The notes under the pieces are model-generated. The model was not told the origin of the DNA. It searched no databases and saw nothing but the letters and a program-made list of their open reading frames with translations. A stretch of 63,995 bases of DNA, counting the filler, from Vannella sp. (Eukaryota), in NCBI GenBank assembly GCA_023345925.1. It is 6 parts of 6 records of this genome, joined end to end, with 100 filler letters (N's around TTAATTAATTAA, not from the genome) between each part and the next. Parts side by side here need not be neighbours in the genome. Positions count along the whole stretch, not along the records: positions 39,048 to 54,280 come from JAJQQN010000321.1; positions 54,381 to 60,780 come from JAJQQN010000579.1; 4 more parts are not named here. One strand, given 5' to 3'. Both the position numbers and the translations under genes were made by a program. Shown here piece after piece: positions 46,901-58,506 of the stretch. Within the stretch, counting starts at the first letter, position 1; every line of letters starts with the position of its first letter.

Positions 46901-47185
46901 ACGTTCACAACGCAAGAGTACTCCCAGAAAGCGGACGTTTACAGTTTCGGGATGATTCTGTTCGAGATGATTACTGGGAAGCAGCCTTTCGAGAAGATCT
47001 CCGCGTACGAAGTTCCAATTCTCATCTGCAAAGGACAGCGTCCTCCACTTCCTGCCAATCTGGCCAAGCCCTGGCACAAACTGATCACGAGCATGTGGTC
47101 CGAGAAGCCCTCCAAACGCCCCACCATGCACAAAGTTGGTCTTTCTCTGACCGCCCTTCAAAACGTCCCTTTCTTGGGCCCTTAA
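43976..47185 (+). CDS. LOV-SAM-(ubiquitin/PB1-like)-macro-like-TKL protein kinase (3 exons, ~1037 aa)
   Basis: Exons 43976-45134, 45178-45529 and 45583-47185 join in frame. MGNTSS myristoylation-type start; GFNCRFLQG LOV motif; SAM; kinase AVK, HRDLKSLN, DIG, GTPFWMAPE, DVYSFG. Confidence 0.9.
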
Positions 47186-47858
47186 CAACTCGCTGCTTTC
47201 AAAGAGAGTTAACAAACTTCATAAACTCAACAAACTTCCACACATTCTGTGAATCAGTTGAGGAAAGAACACTCATGGAGGCGTCAGTGACTACTATCGG
47301 CACTTCAGACCCATCTTGGCCATCCTTTTCACTGCAATTGATCTCTAAGTAAGTTTTACCTCTTTAGAAGCCTCCAGGGACTCACCTGAAGGCAGAGAGA
47401 GGCAAAATATCGGTGAATTTCGTCTTTCTCGGAGAAATCCGCCCACAGGCAGAAGTTTTAGAGAGCTGTCAACAGAAGCTTTTTAACAATTGTTTCCCAG
47501 GAAAACTAAATCCTGCTTGTGGCCGGAGGAAAGACCAGGAGGTTCGAGCTAGTGACTCACCATGGAATGAGGTATTGATTTATTCCTCACTGGTTCCTCT
47601 TGGCTTGATGCCTTTGATGTTAAAGGACACGTTGAAGATGTTCGCTAAAATCACAAACCCTACAGGTGATGGTGCTGATTGTCGGCTCCATCTCCAACAG
47701 CTGGTTCCTCTGAGTTGGTTAATAGTTTGTCTCAAGATTCCAAGTTCGGGTTCCTTTGCACACCGGAAACCAAACCAGACCTAACACTAATCCACAGACA
47801 GGGAAATAGAGAGCACCAGAAGGCATATTATCAAAATATCTAAGAATGGATTTAGAAG

Positions 47859-48389
47859 TCAAAAGTGAATCATCCGGAACGGAACGTACCGGAAAGACTG
47901 AGTGCGAACTAATTCTCGATTAATGGCGTCTCGGATATGACCCCTTCTTTGGCAGGCATCAAAAGTCGGATCCTCCATAGTCATGTGTGCCGAGGAAAGC
48001 CACCTATCAAAAAAGAAGCTTGTGCTACTGCGGTGTGAGGAGCCAAGAGACTGTAACTCGAATCTGATTTGGTTTTCGTCAAAATAGAGGAATTTCGTGC
48101 GATCGTGAAGCGTCCACAGCTTATCCTCATATTCAGATGGTCCACTGATGCACCAACTCACAAAGTTTGATGGGAAACAGACAAAGGCACGAGGGATTGT
48201 GAGAATCCAGAAGGCTGTCTTATCTTCCAAATTGCTCAATAACCGACTCTGCAAAGAGGCATTTCTCTCTTGCCTTCGGTGGACCTCAATGAAGTCCTCT
48301 ACCGTACTTTTTGCCTCCACTACCGCTTTCTGGAACCTCAAGTCCTTCGACGAAAGCACTTTGCCGCATTTTGGTTGGTCAGACACCAA
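47859..48389 (-). CDS. Hypothetical protein (partial model)
   Basis: 176-codon open frame with a possible upstream exon; no family recognised. Confidence 0.35.
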   Translation of the reverse strand: MVSDQPKCGKVLSSKDLRFQKAVVEAKSTVEDFIEVHRRQERNASLQSRLLSNLEDKTAFWILTIPRAFVCFPSNFVSWCISGPSEYEDKLWTLHDRTKFLYFDENQIRFELQSLGSSHRSSTSFFFDRWLSSAHMTMEDPTFDACQRRGHIRDAINRELVRTQSFRYVPFRMIHF

Positions 48390-48632
48390 TCATGTGTGTG
48401 AACCAAAGCTGCCTGATAAGAGATGAATCTTACCGGACCATGAGCTTCTGATGAATGTTCGACCAGTGGAGAAGAAGAGGGGAATCGGGTGAAAGCCGAA
48501 ATCGAAGACCAAGAACTCATAATGAGAACCAGGGGAAATGGACGCCCCAGGTTCTCTCCCCATCAAGTATGACTCGCTTGGTTTTCCGGATGTTGAACAA
48601 GATCTCCGATCTCCAGTTTGCTTGAGAAAGGC

Positions 48633-48673
48633 AACCCTAAACCCTAAACCCTAAACCCTAAACCCTAAACCCT
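48633..48673. repeat. Interstitial telomere-like tract (CCCTAAA)x~5.6 (TTTAGGG type)
   Basis: aa followed by five perfect ccctaaa units and ccct. Confidence 0.93.
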
Positions 48674-48790
48674 TTCCTAAAGAAGTTCTTCGCTTGATGA
48701 GTGAAGGCAAAGTCAACTTTTATTTTGAAAGTTTGAAAATGTTTGGACAAGAAAAGGCGTGAGATCATTATTGTTTGGGGAGGCAAGGAG

Positions 48791-49096
48791 ATGGAGAGGG
48801 AGAAAGTCAAGTTTGTCACCAAGAACAGCGGACACACACAACCCCAGAGACCAATGGTGGAGACTCCAGAGGAGATCCTTGAAAGGGAGCTTTCAGACGG
48901 CGTGTCCCTCTCCACCATCGATTTTACCTTTGAGGAGCTCCCCGCAGCCACTCCGAAGCCTTCCGCCTACGCACAAAGTTCATTAGAGAAGGAAGAGTCG
49001 CTACTGGATCTTCCAGAGGTCTCTGGACGCAACCGAAAGCGGACCTTCGAGAAGGGCTTCGACGAAGAAGGCGCCCTCGGCAAGTTCAAGTTCTGA
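48791..49096 (+). CDS. Small hypothetical acidic protein with basic C-terminal patch
   Basis: ATG-initiated 101-aa frame MEREKVKF..RNRKRTF..GKFKF*. Confidence 0.5.
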   Translation: MEREKVKFVTKNSGHTQPQRPMVETPEEILERELSDGVSLSTIDFTFEELPAATPKPSAYAQSSLEKEESLLDLPEVSGRNRKRTFEKGFDEEGALGKFKF

Positions 49097-49210
49097 TCCT
49101 TCCTCCTTAGAGGAGTAGTCTCATCTCCTTCCCTTTTCCTATGTACTATGAATACCCACCCTTAAACAAGTGGGCCTTCTCGTAGGAGCGCTGTATTGGG
49201 AACAATCGAG

Positions 49211-52133
49211 TTAGTAGAAGCGAGTACCCGTCTTAGGGCACACGTGCGGGTCCTTGCAGCAGCCGTAGTGGACTACAGTGCCATTAGGATAGTGTGCAAA
49301 GGCACTGGAGCCCGTAATAGAGCGGCCGCAGACCGGACAATCCGTATCCTCGTCGATCTTGATGGGCACAGAAGTCTCTTGGATCAGTCCAGAGCGAACT
49401 TGGAGGTTCTCTGTGCGCAGAAGCTGCGATATAACCTGGCTGTTTCGTTTCTTCTCTGAGAGGAAGCGGAGGACCGCCTCAAAGTAAGGGAAAAGCTCCT
49501 GAATGGGAATGTTTGTGGGCAGAAGCGCCAGTGACTTGGCAGCGTTGACTTGGTCAAAGTGGCGGCGTAGAAGGGTCATGGCTGAATCTAGCATGGGCTC
49601 CTGTCCCTTGGGGGGCTGAAGATAAACTGTGAGAAGGTGCAAGTAAACGTCCCGGCTTTCGGGCGACTCTTCCCGATAGTGCTTGATACAGTACTCCTCA
49701 GCCAAGCGGTTGTCCCTTAAGTGATGCACATAGGTTGTCAGAGCTTCCTTATGCTCATGAAGGCGGCTGAGGAGAATGGCGCGCTCCTCAAAGAGGTCGT
49801 TCACGAGGAAGGCGGGCAAAAGTCTCTCAGGTGTATAGTACTCTGAGCGCTCTAGGAACTCTAATAGAAGCTTTCGTGTCTCTCCTAAGCGCCCCTTTTC
49901 ATTGGCTGCGCGTACAGGAGCCGATGGGGTCTTGCTCTTAATGTCCATCACCTTATTGAGATACTCGGACACTAGTTCGTTGTGGAAGCGCGGGTCCTCC
50001 TCCCCTCGCTCGTTAATGAGCCACTGGAGGTATGGCACTGTTATCTTCTTGGCTGTGTCCGAACGAAGGCCCTTAATGTGGTCGAGAATCACTCGAGGGG
50101 GCAATTCGTCCTCCTTAGCTCGGTCTTCCATGAAGATTTCAATGCCATCGGCTGGTGTGTCCTCCAAAGGCCATACGGAGTACTTGAGTATCAAGTCGAG
50201 GTTCTCCCTGCCTAAGCTACGAAGATATGTGATGATGTCCGCCGTGTTCGTATTTCCCCGTTTCTTCCCGAGACTGTTCACCCACTCAGTGGCTTGCACA
50301 GAGTGAGAAGGCCTTTCTTACCTGGTGAGGATGTCCAAAGCCTTTTGGTGCATCCCCTTCGTCTTGTACAGACGGACGAGGTCTCCCGTTCGCTATCCCA
50401 ACCGTCAGAAGCCCGAATGGCGCTCACACAAAGGGGTGGAGGGCCGCTCACCTCTGAATCTGTGAGCATCTTGATAGACTCTTTCAAGTTGCATCGGTTA
50501 TTGCCGCCCAGAAGGATGAAGATGGACGGGTCGCTGGTTTGAATGCACGCGCGCAACATGGCCGTGTCAATGATCTCTGTCAGGTCGTCTGTGGAGTCGT
50601 AGTCATCCAGGATGTTCTGTTTGGGAGCACTTCCTGCTGCTGAAGGGTCCCTCATGGCGCTCAGATAGCGGACAACAGCTTGCAGAGCGGCCTTCTCCGC
50701 AAAAGGATCGGCTGGACCGGGTTAGTGAGCCTACCAAGTGGACAAGAAGGTACTCGTACCTATCTTGAGTACGCCAGGCTCTTGTAAGTGGCGGGGGAGC
50801 ATGTTAGGGAAGAGCCGCAGCACTTTAAGAGGGTTGCAGTTGAGCTCTTGGAAGAGCTTCATCGCCTCATCGTACTGGCCCTTCTCGAAGAGGTGGTTGG
50901 CACACAGGTAGCGCACATGCTTCATCTGCTCGGTCTTGGTCTCTTCTGTGCCGTTCTGGGCTGGAAGGTTGTTCAAAAGGCTCAAAGCTTCGTCGTAGGA
51001 CTTGATTCGCACCAACTCGTCGATCTGGTCCACCAATGGGACAGGTACGAGTCTCCAGATGTCTCGTGCAGTGGCTACGTAGATGTGGTCGCCCTTCACA
51101 GTGAGCAGCTTCATGCGGTTGTTGATTTGCTGGACGGCAGCTTTGGATCCTTCGAAGATAGACTGCACCTCGACACAGCGAGGTAGGATTCCAATCACGT
51201 AGGGGTAGTTGTACTCTGAGAGCCTCTGGTGAGTGTCTAACCGGCTCAGGGGAGCTTGTTCTTACCGACCGTGAGCGGTCCATCGCTCCAAGTGATGCCC
51301 CACTTCTCTGTGGGTCTCCCGTTGAAGTCTGTGAAGACTCCAATGTTCCCTTTGTATAGGTGAGCCAAGTGCAATGAAGGAAGCGAGCTATCTCACTCTC
51401 AATGGCGAACAAAAGCTTGGTGGGGAGCTTGCACACCGTCGGTAGCCCTCCACGAAGCGCAGCAGCATTGAAAGGCTCACGATTCGTGTTGCCCTCGATG
51501 TCAAATACAAGGTAGCGGCTCTTCACGCCCACACAAAGGTTGGGGCCGCACCACTTCATCTCCCTGGCAGGCTCTCCCGCGTTCAGCTCGCGCTTCTCCA
51601 CGAACTGGCCGCTCTCTAAGCGGCAGATGGTGATCTTCTTGCGGTTGGATAAGGCTACGGTGACGCTATCGGCCGTCTCTTGCACAGCAAAGAGATGCGC
51701 GCCTTTCGACTTGGGGAGGACGGAAGCGAGCTTGAAGGAGGGGAGGAAGTGCACTTGGATCTGTCCTTCGGACACACTCAAGAGCATAGGTTGCTCACTG
51801 TTCTCTCGCACGACTTGCAATTGGGTGACGGGCTTCCGCGAGAAGTTCTTCAGCGGATCTTTGCTTTGGACCTGGAAGTTACCTGAGTGCGGGTGAGACA
51901 CGATGGAGGATCAGGATGGAGACTTACTGCTGTGTCCTATTTGGCGCGGTAGCACGTCGTAGCGGAGGAGGATGCCCAGCTCCGTGCCAACGAGGATCTG
52001 GTCGCCCCACACTTCGAGGCTCTCTACCTTGAGGGGGAGTTTGTCCACTACTAGGCACTCCTCATAGGCAGTGCGAGGCTTCCCGTTTCCCTGGTCAGCC
52101 TGCACCCACCTGCCTGGGAGAAGAACGCACCAT
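49211..52133 (-). CDS. VPS39: Vps39/Vam6 (HOPS subunit; CNH, clathrin-repeat and C-terminal Zn finger), multi-exon
   Basis: MPRTAYE..VDKLPLKVESL start, IIDTAML, FHNELV..YL, ERAILLSRL..H..AL, CPVCGRSI..AF..YPNG..VHYGC. Confidence 0.9.
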
Positions 52134-52232
52134 CTTAGGAGAGGAGGACGGAGAATGAAGGTTTTGCCCTTCCAGGTGTGATGGAACAGCCCTCATGGGG
52201 TTTATATCTAAGAAGAGACACTACAAAGCCGA

Positions 52233-53524
<1,292 letters not shown>

Positions 53525-53754
53525 TCAACAGGACGCCAAGAAGTGCGGCCAAACTGCCAACCACTTTGGTACCTTCTCTGATTGGGGGAAACCTCTGCTT
53601 CTGAGAAAGGGCAAATTGCTTCAGTTGTTGCACTTTGCTCCAAACAACTGAAAAGAAATGTATAACTGGGAAAACAAAGAGATGGGCAGAAGGGAGGTTT
53701 GACACGATATCGAGATCTTGAAGTTGGCGTTCCTCCGTCACTTCCTTCCTTCCT

Positions 53755-54280
53755 TCACTTCCATCGAGAGAAAGAAGCTAAAAGGGATTTGCTCTTTGAC
53801 TTGTTTTGCTGGGAATGACGTAAACCCACGCGTGAGGCTTCTTCAATGACTGCTCTGAGGCCTTCCTGGGTGAGAGCAGAACATTCCATGGACTTGTGAG
53901 CTCCCAATTGGCTGGCCAACAGTTGGCTTTCTTCCAGAGTTACAGCGGAGATCTCTAACAGTCTTTCCCCAATCACTTCATCGTCAGCGTCAGCCATATT
54001 GCTCTTTGTTCCCACAAGCAAGAAGGGTGTTCCTTGGCAACGACTAATCTGAGGATACCACTTTGTTTTGATACTCTCCAAGCTCCTTCGATCCATCTTC
54101 GAGTAGCAAAGGAGGAACACGTTCGTTTTGCGGTGCGCTGAACGAAACTCGCGCTCCGTTATGTCCAGTTCAGGCGGGTCGATCAAGTGCAGGAGCACTG
54201 GCGTGTTCTCCAGCATCAGAGCCCATGGATATCAGAAGTTATAAACAGCCTATTCACACCTTCAGGGAATGCGCCATGCA
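53755..54280 (-). CDS. Atypical Rho-family small GTPase (5'-truncated)
   Basis: VFLLCYS, IKTKWYPQI, PFLLVGTK and ECSALTQEGL Rho motifs; G3 and G4 divergent. Confidence 0.8.
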
Positions 54281-54380
54281 NNNNNNNNNNNNNNNNNNNN
54301 NNNNNNNNNNNNNNNNNNNNNNNNTTAATTAATTAANNNNNNNNNNNNNNNNNNNNNNNNNNNNNNNNNNNNNNNNNNNN
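54281..54380. other. Artificial contig linker
   Basis: N44-TTAATTAATTAA-N44. Confidence 0.98.
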
Positions 54381-54555
54381 AGCATGGCGAAAAAAAGTGA
54401 CTCAATACCTGCTCACTAAACATTTCTTGCATAACTCTCAATTTGAATATCACGTAATATCTCATACTAATGACGGGGTTCCTTTTTCTACATTAGTCAA
54501 CAAGTCTTCCACTGCGCGTGGCAAATTGATTGGATGGACTTTCTCATTTTTCAGG

Positions 54556-55925
54556 ATGCTTCCACGGTATAACGAGGTAAGGACCCGTGGGACACGATGG
54601 GAGTTATACTTAATTGAAATAGGAGGAATGGTTGAACCAAACCTTGAATAGCCTTTACACCAACGGAGCGCAACCACCACCGGGTGATGTTGTCCAGGCT
54701 GCTGGCTTCTCTTGGAGTGCTTCCATCCCCGCCTTCCCTGATAAGGGACTCACGTTACCTTCTATCCAACCGAATGCATTTGACATGTTCTCTTACCCTG
54801 CACCGAATCCTCAACAGGAACAAACACAACGGCACAAAGAGGACTACTTTGCGTTCAAACACACCTCTCAGCTTGTTGTGGACCCCAACCTTCATCGTAC
54901 TCCAGTTGCATCTCAGTACTTCAGTTTCCAAAAGCCCATCAGTTCTCCCCCTGCTCTTCCTTTCCAGACTACTGCGACATCTGCATACTTTTCTCAACCC
55001 ACCACCAGTCTACCCCCTGCAAGGGCAATCTCTTCATTTGAGCAACAGCCAACGATCCCCTCACTTACAAGGAACTTCCTGTCCGAGAAGGAGCCAGCAG
55101 GCTGGGCTTCCCTCTTGGTGAGTGCAGGTTGCACTCCTCGATTGCGCACCACTAACAATACTTAGGATCGTTATGCTCTCCACTGGGGACAACATGCGGA
55201 GAAGGAGATCGTCAAGAAGAAGGTGGAGATATCCAGCCCCCAAGATGGCAAGCCAGCTCGTCGTGTTCGCCCCAAGGTGGTAGAAGCAAAAGGAGCAATC
55301 CAGTGTGTTGGAACCAATATCAAAAAAGGTTCTCAGTGCAGGAACGCAGCTCTGATGGAGTTCGTTGGTCCCCGACCGGTCTACTGCGCTGAACACATCG
55401 AACTTGACCCAAGCTCAATCTACTGCAAGTGTACCAGCCCATACAACAAGGAGACCGGAGATGGCAAGTCCTGCAAGGAGGTCGTGCTGAAGGAGTTCCA
55501 AAGGTGTTACAAGCACTTCGAGGACCACCTCAACGAGCTACCTGAAGAGTCTGCCTTGCCCGTAGCCAAGCAAGAGCTTGAACGAGTTAAGGAGCTTTGT
55601 AAGACCCATCCACACCCTTAACTGGTCACTTACTCACTCCTCCCAAGTGAGCAAACTTGAACTGGAAGCAGCCTCAGTGAAGCGAATGAGACACGACCTC
55701 TTCCAGAGAAAGAACAAGCTCATCCCCAAGTTTGCCAAGATGGTTTCGCTCCTCGAAACCTTCATCGTTGAGAAGTCCCAGCAGTCTTCGTAAGTGGTAC
55801 ATCCCAATCTACGTGTATCATCTCCATCTCACCATTCGATCAGAGAGATCAAACAGGAGGGCCAATTCACAGGAAACTACTTGGACGGGGAACTGAAGGC
55901 CCTTTTCCCTGAGGCACAACTGTGA
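54556..55925 (+). CDS. Cys/His-rich putative transcription factor (Dictyostelium CRTF-like), multi-exon
   Basis: P/Q/S-rich N-terminus, then RRVRPK..QCVGTNIKKGSQCRNAALMEFVGPRPVYCAEH..CKC..CKEVVLKEFQRCYKH and a helical FQRKNKLIPKF end. Family assignment is from recall. Confidence 0.6.
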
Positions 55926-56003
55926 GGCTAATGCGTGAGCACTCTTGTACACACCGGAGCCATCCAACCTGTTGATGTCACCAAACTTGACTCAATAAAT
56001 GTT

Positions 56004-56801
56004 TTAACTAGGTACCAGCTGCTTTAGAAGATCGTTGAGACCAGTCATGGGCTGAGTTCGGCACAGGATGCCATCACCCGTTCTTGCAACTTGAGGCATG
56101 GTCCGTAAAGAAGCAAGATGTTTGCATTGCGTATGTGCACGTTCACTACAGGTATTAAACAACGCGAACCAGAAGTGAACGACCCACCTAAGAGATCGGA
56201 GATGCCATCCTGAGCTTCTTGCAGGGAGTGGGAGAGCTCTGCCATTGCTCTCTCATAACTCTCTGATTGAGCTTTACTTTCTTGCTGAATCTGGGCCTTC
56301 GGCTTGGTGAGGGCAGAATCAATCACTCGGACACACTTACCAATTCCAACGCCTTCCCCACAAGTGGAGTAGAGGTAGAAGGGTTCTCCCCAAGTCCTGT
56401 AAGGAGGTCGTGTTGAAGATCGGAAAAAGTTGAAGCCTCTCTCTCGGAAGCTTGGCGGAGATTTGGGGAAGCCCATCTCTCCCGAGAGGGGGTAATCAAA
56501 GGATCTCGACGAAGTTTGAAAGCAGCAGTCTTCATGATACTCTTGGTTGGTGCCAGCTGCAGTTTTTCCTCTTGGATTGGTCTTGCTCCCAACTTAACAC
56601 GGTGAGAACTTGGAACGTTGTCGTCCGAATCGATGGATTGAGTAACTTTTCCAGGTCCAGGACCAAAGAAGAACCCACCAGAGACGTCAGAGTCCTGGTC
56701 TCCTCCATCACTGGCCTGTTTCACTGTGAGACTTCATAACTTGACTGGTGACACACCTCATCAAAAAGAGACAATCCTGCCTGGAGCTTATGACGGCTCA
56801 T
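56004..56801 (-). CDS. Hypothetical coiled-coil protein (weakly BORC/BLOC-1-subunit-like), multi-exon
   Basis: Spliceable model MSRHKLQAGLSLFDE|ASDGGDQD..AQSESYERAMAELSHSLQEAQDGISDLL..NDLLKQLVPS*. Confidence 0.45.
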
Positions 56802-56917
56802 TAGAACAGGAAAAGGAGAATGGAGTGTAAATGCACTCTCTGGAAGAAATTCGCCTCTCGCACCAATCAAAAGACGGGGACTAAATATCTGGCATCATAT
56901 CCCAGATCCTCTTGGGA

Positions 56918-57941
56918 ATGGCTGTCAACATCCTCCGTTGGATTGCGGACAACGAACAAGACTTTCAACCACCTGTATGCAATAAGCTACTGTATAGTGA
57001 TCAGCTGAAAGTTATGTGCGTTGGAGGTCCCAACCAGCGCAAGGACTACCACTTAGAGCAAGGAGAGGTGGGCGCCCTGGTTGGAAGGGAGTGCGATGCC
57101 ATCTAAAGCCTCCACTGTAGGAGCTATTCTTCCAGATCAAGGGAGACATGTGCTTGAAGATAATGGAGAAAGGAAAGCCAAGGGACATTCACATCAAGGA
57201 AGGAGAGATCTTCGTCTTGCCCTCCTACATCCCCCACTCCCCTCAGGTTGGTCACTCTTCACCAATGAGCTGTCTAACTAGTATCAGAGGGCTGCTGAGT
57301 CCATTGGATTGGTGATTGAGCGGGACAGACTCCCAGATGAATTGGATGGCCTCCGCTACTACACTGACCCTGCAAACGAGGAGGTTCTCTTTCAGACCTG
57401 GTTCTACTGCACCGATTTGGGGAAACAACTGAAGCCAGTAATTGAGGCCTTCTTCTCGTCTGAGGCCTACCACACCGGGCGCCCTACCGTGGACAGTGTG
57501 CAAGCAGCTCCCTTTGAGGATGACATCGATTGCAACGTTGGCGACCCACAGAACCTGGACCAGCTTCTCGATGGCATTGGTGAAGCATCAGAAGCTCCTC
57601 TTTTTAGCAAGGGTGAACTCAAGGTGGTCGCAAGGAAGGGTCTGGACTTCTCAGCAACAGACCGAAATGTTGAGGTGAGTTACCACACTGTGTAGCTTCT
57701 TCTCACAACAATAGACGATGCTATGGCAGAAGAGAGGAAAGGTGCAGGTTTTCACTCAGCAAGAAACCTTCTCCATGGAAGAGAATGACGTATTCATCAT
57801 CCCCCCTCTCCACAGCTTCCGCGTTGAGGTAACACGGAACAGAGTAGCACTGCTTTTGTATTAATTCGGGTTCAGAGTAATGACTGCGCAGTTAATATCG
57901 AGATAACGATGGATCCTGCTGCAAATCCGCATCCCAAATAA
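56918..57941 (+). CDS. HAAO: 3-hydroxyanthranilate 3,4-dioxygenase, multi-exon
   Basis: [49 protein letters not shown]. Confidence 0.95.
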
Positions 57942-58017
57942 ATGGTGGGATTAGGGTTAACTTAAGAGCAAATTCGCCACTTGCCCGAAAGTTCCTCCTT
58001 TTATTTTAGGCGTCGCG

Positions 58018-58456
58018 ATGGTCAAGAAGCAGGTATGTTCGATCACAAATCTGCTATCTGGTGGGCCAGGGCTCACGCATTATGTTGGGTTGGAGTAGAA
58101 GAAGGCCCAGGAATCCATCAACTCTCGTCTCGCTCTCATCATGAAGAGTGGTAAGGTCGATCTGGGTTACCGCAGCACCCTGAAGAACCTCCGAAAGACC
58201 AAGGCTAAGCTCATCATTGTTTCAAACAACTGCCCTGCTCTCCGACGCTCTGAGATCGAGTACTACGCCCTCCTGTCCGGTGCTGGTGTCCACCACTACA
58301 ACGGTAGTAAGTTCAACTCAATGACTTCTTTATCAGTCCATTGACAATAATGCAGACAACATCGACCTCGGAACTGCTTGCGGAAAGTACTACCGCGTCT
58401 CCATGTTGACCATCACTGATGCTGGTGATTCCGACATCAACTTCACCGCGGCCTAA
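58018..58456 (+). CDS. RPL30: 60S ribosomal protein eL30 (3 exons)
   Basis: [41 protein letters not shown]. Confidence 0.97.
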
Positions 58457-58506
58457 GTGCGGGAATAAATCGCATGTATGGTAAATGAATCAAAGTACTT
58501 CTTCGT

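Noticed and set aside
39451..47185. RNB nuclease and LOV kinase as a functional cluster
   Set aside because: Eukaryotic neighbours separated by another locus; nothing in the sequence indicates co-regulation.
57948..57960. Single telo-box-like ttagggtt upstream of RPL30
   Set aside because: One short match is expected by chance in 64 kb; it would need genome-wide enrichment to count.
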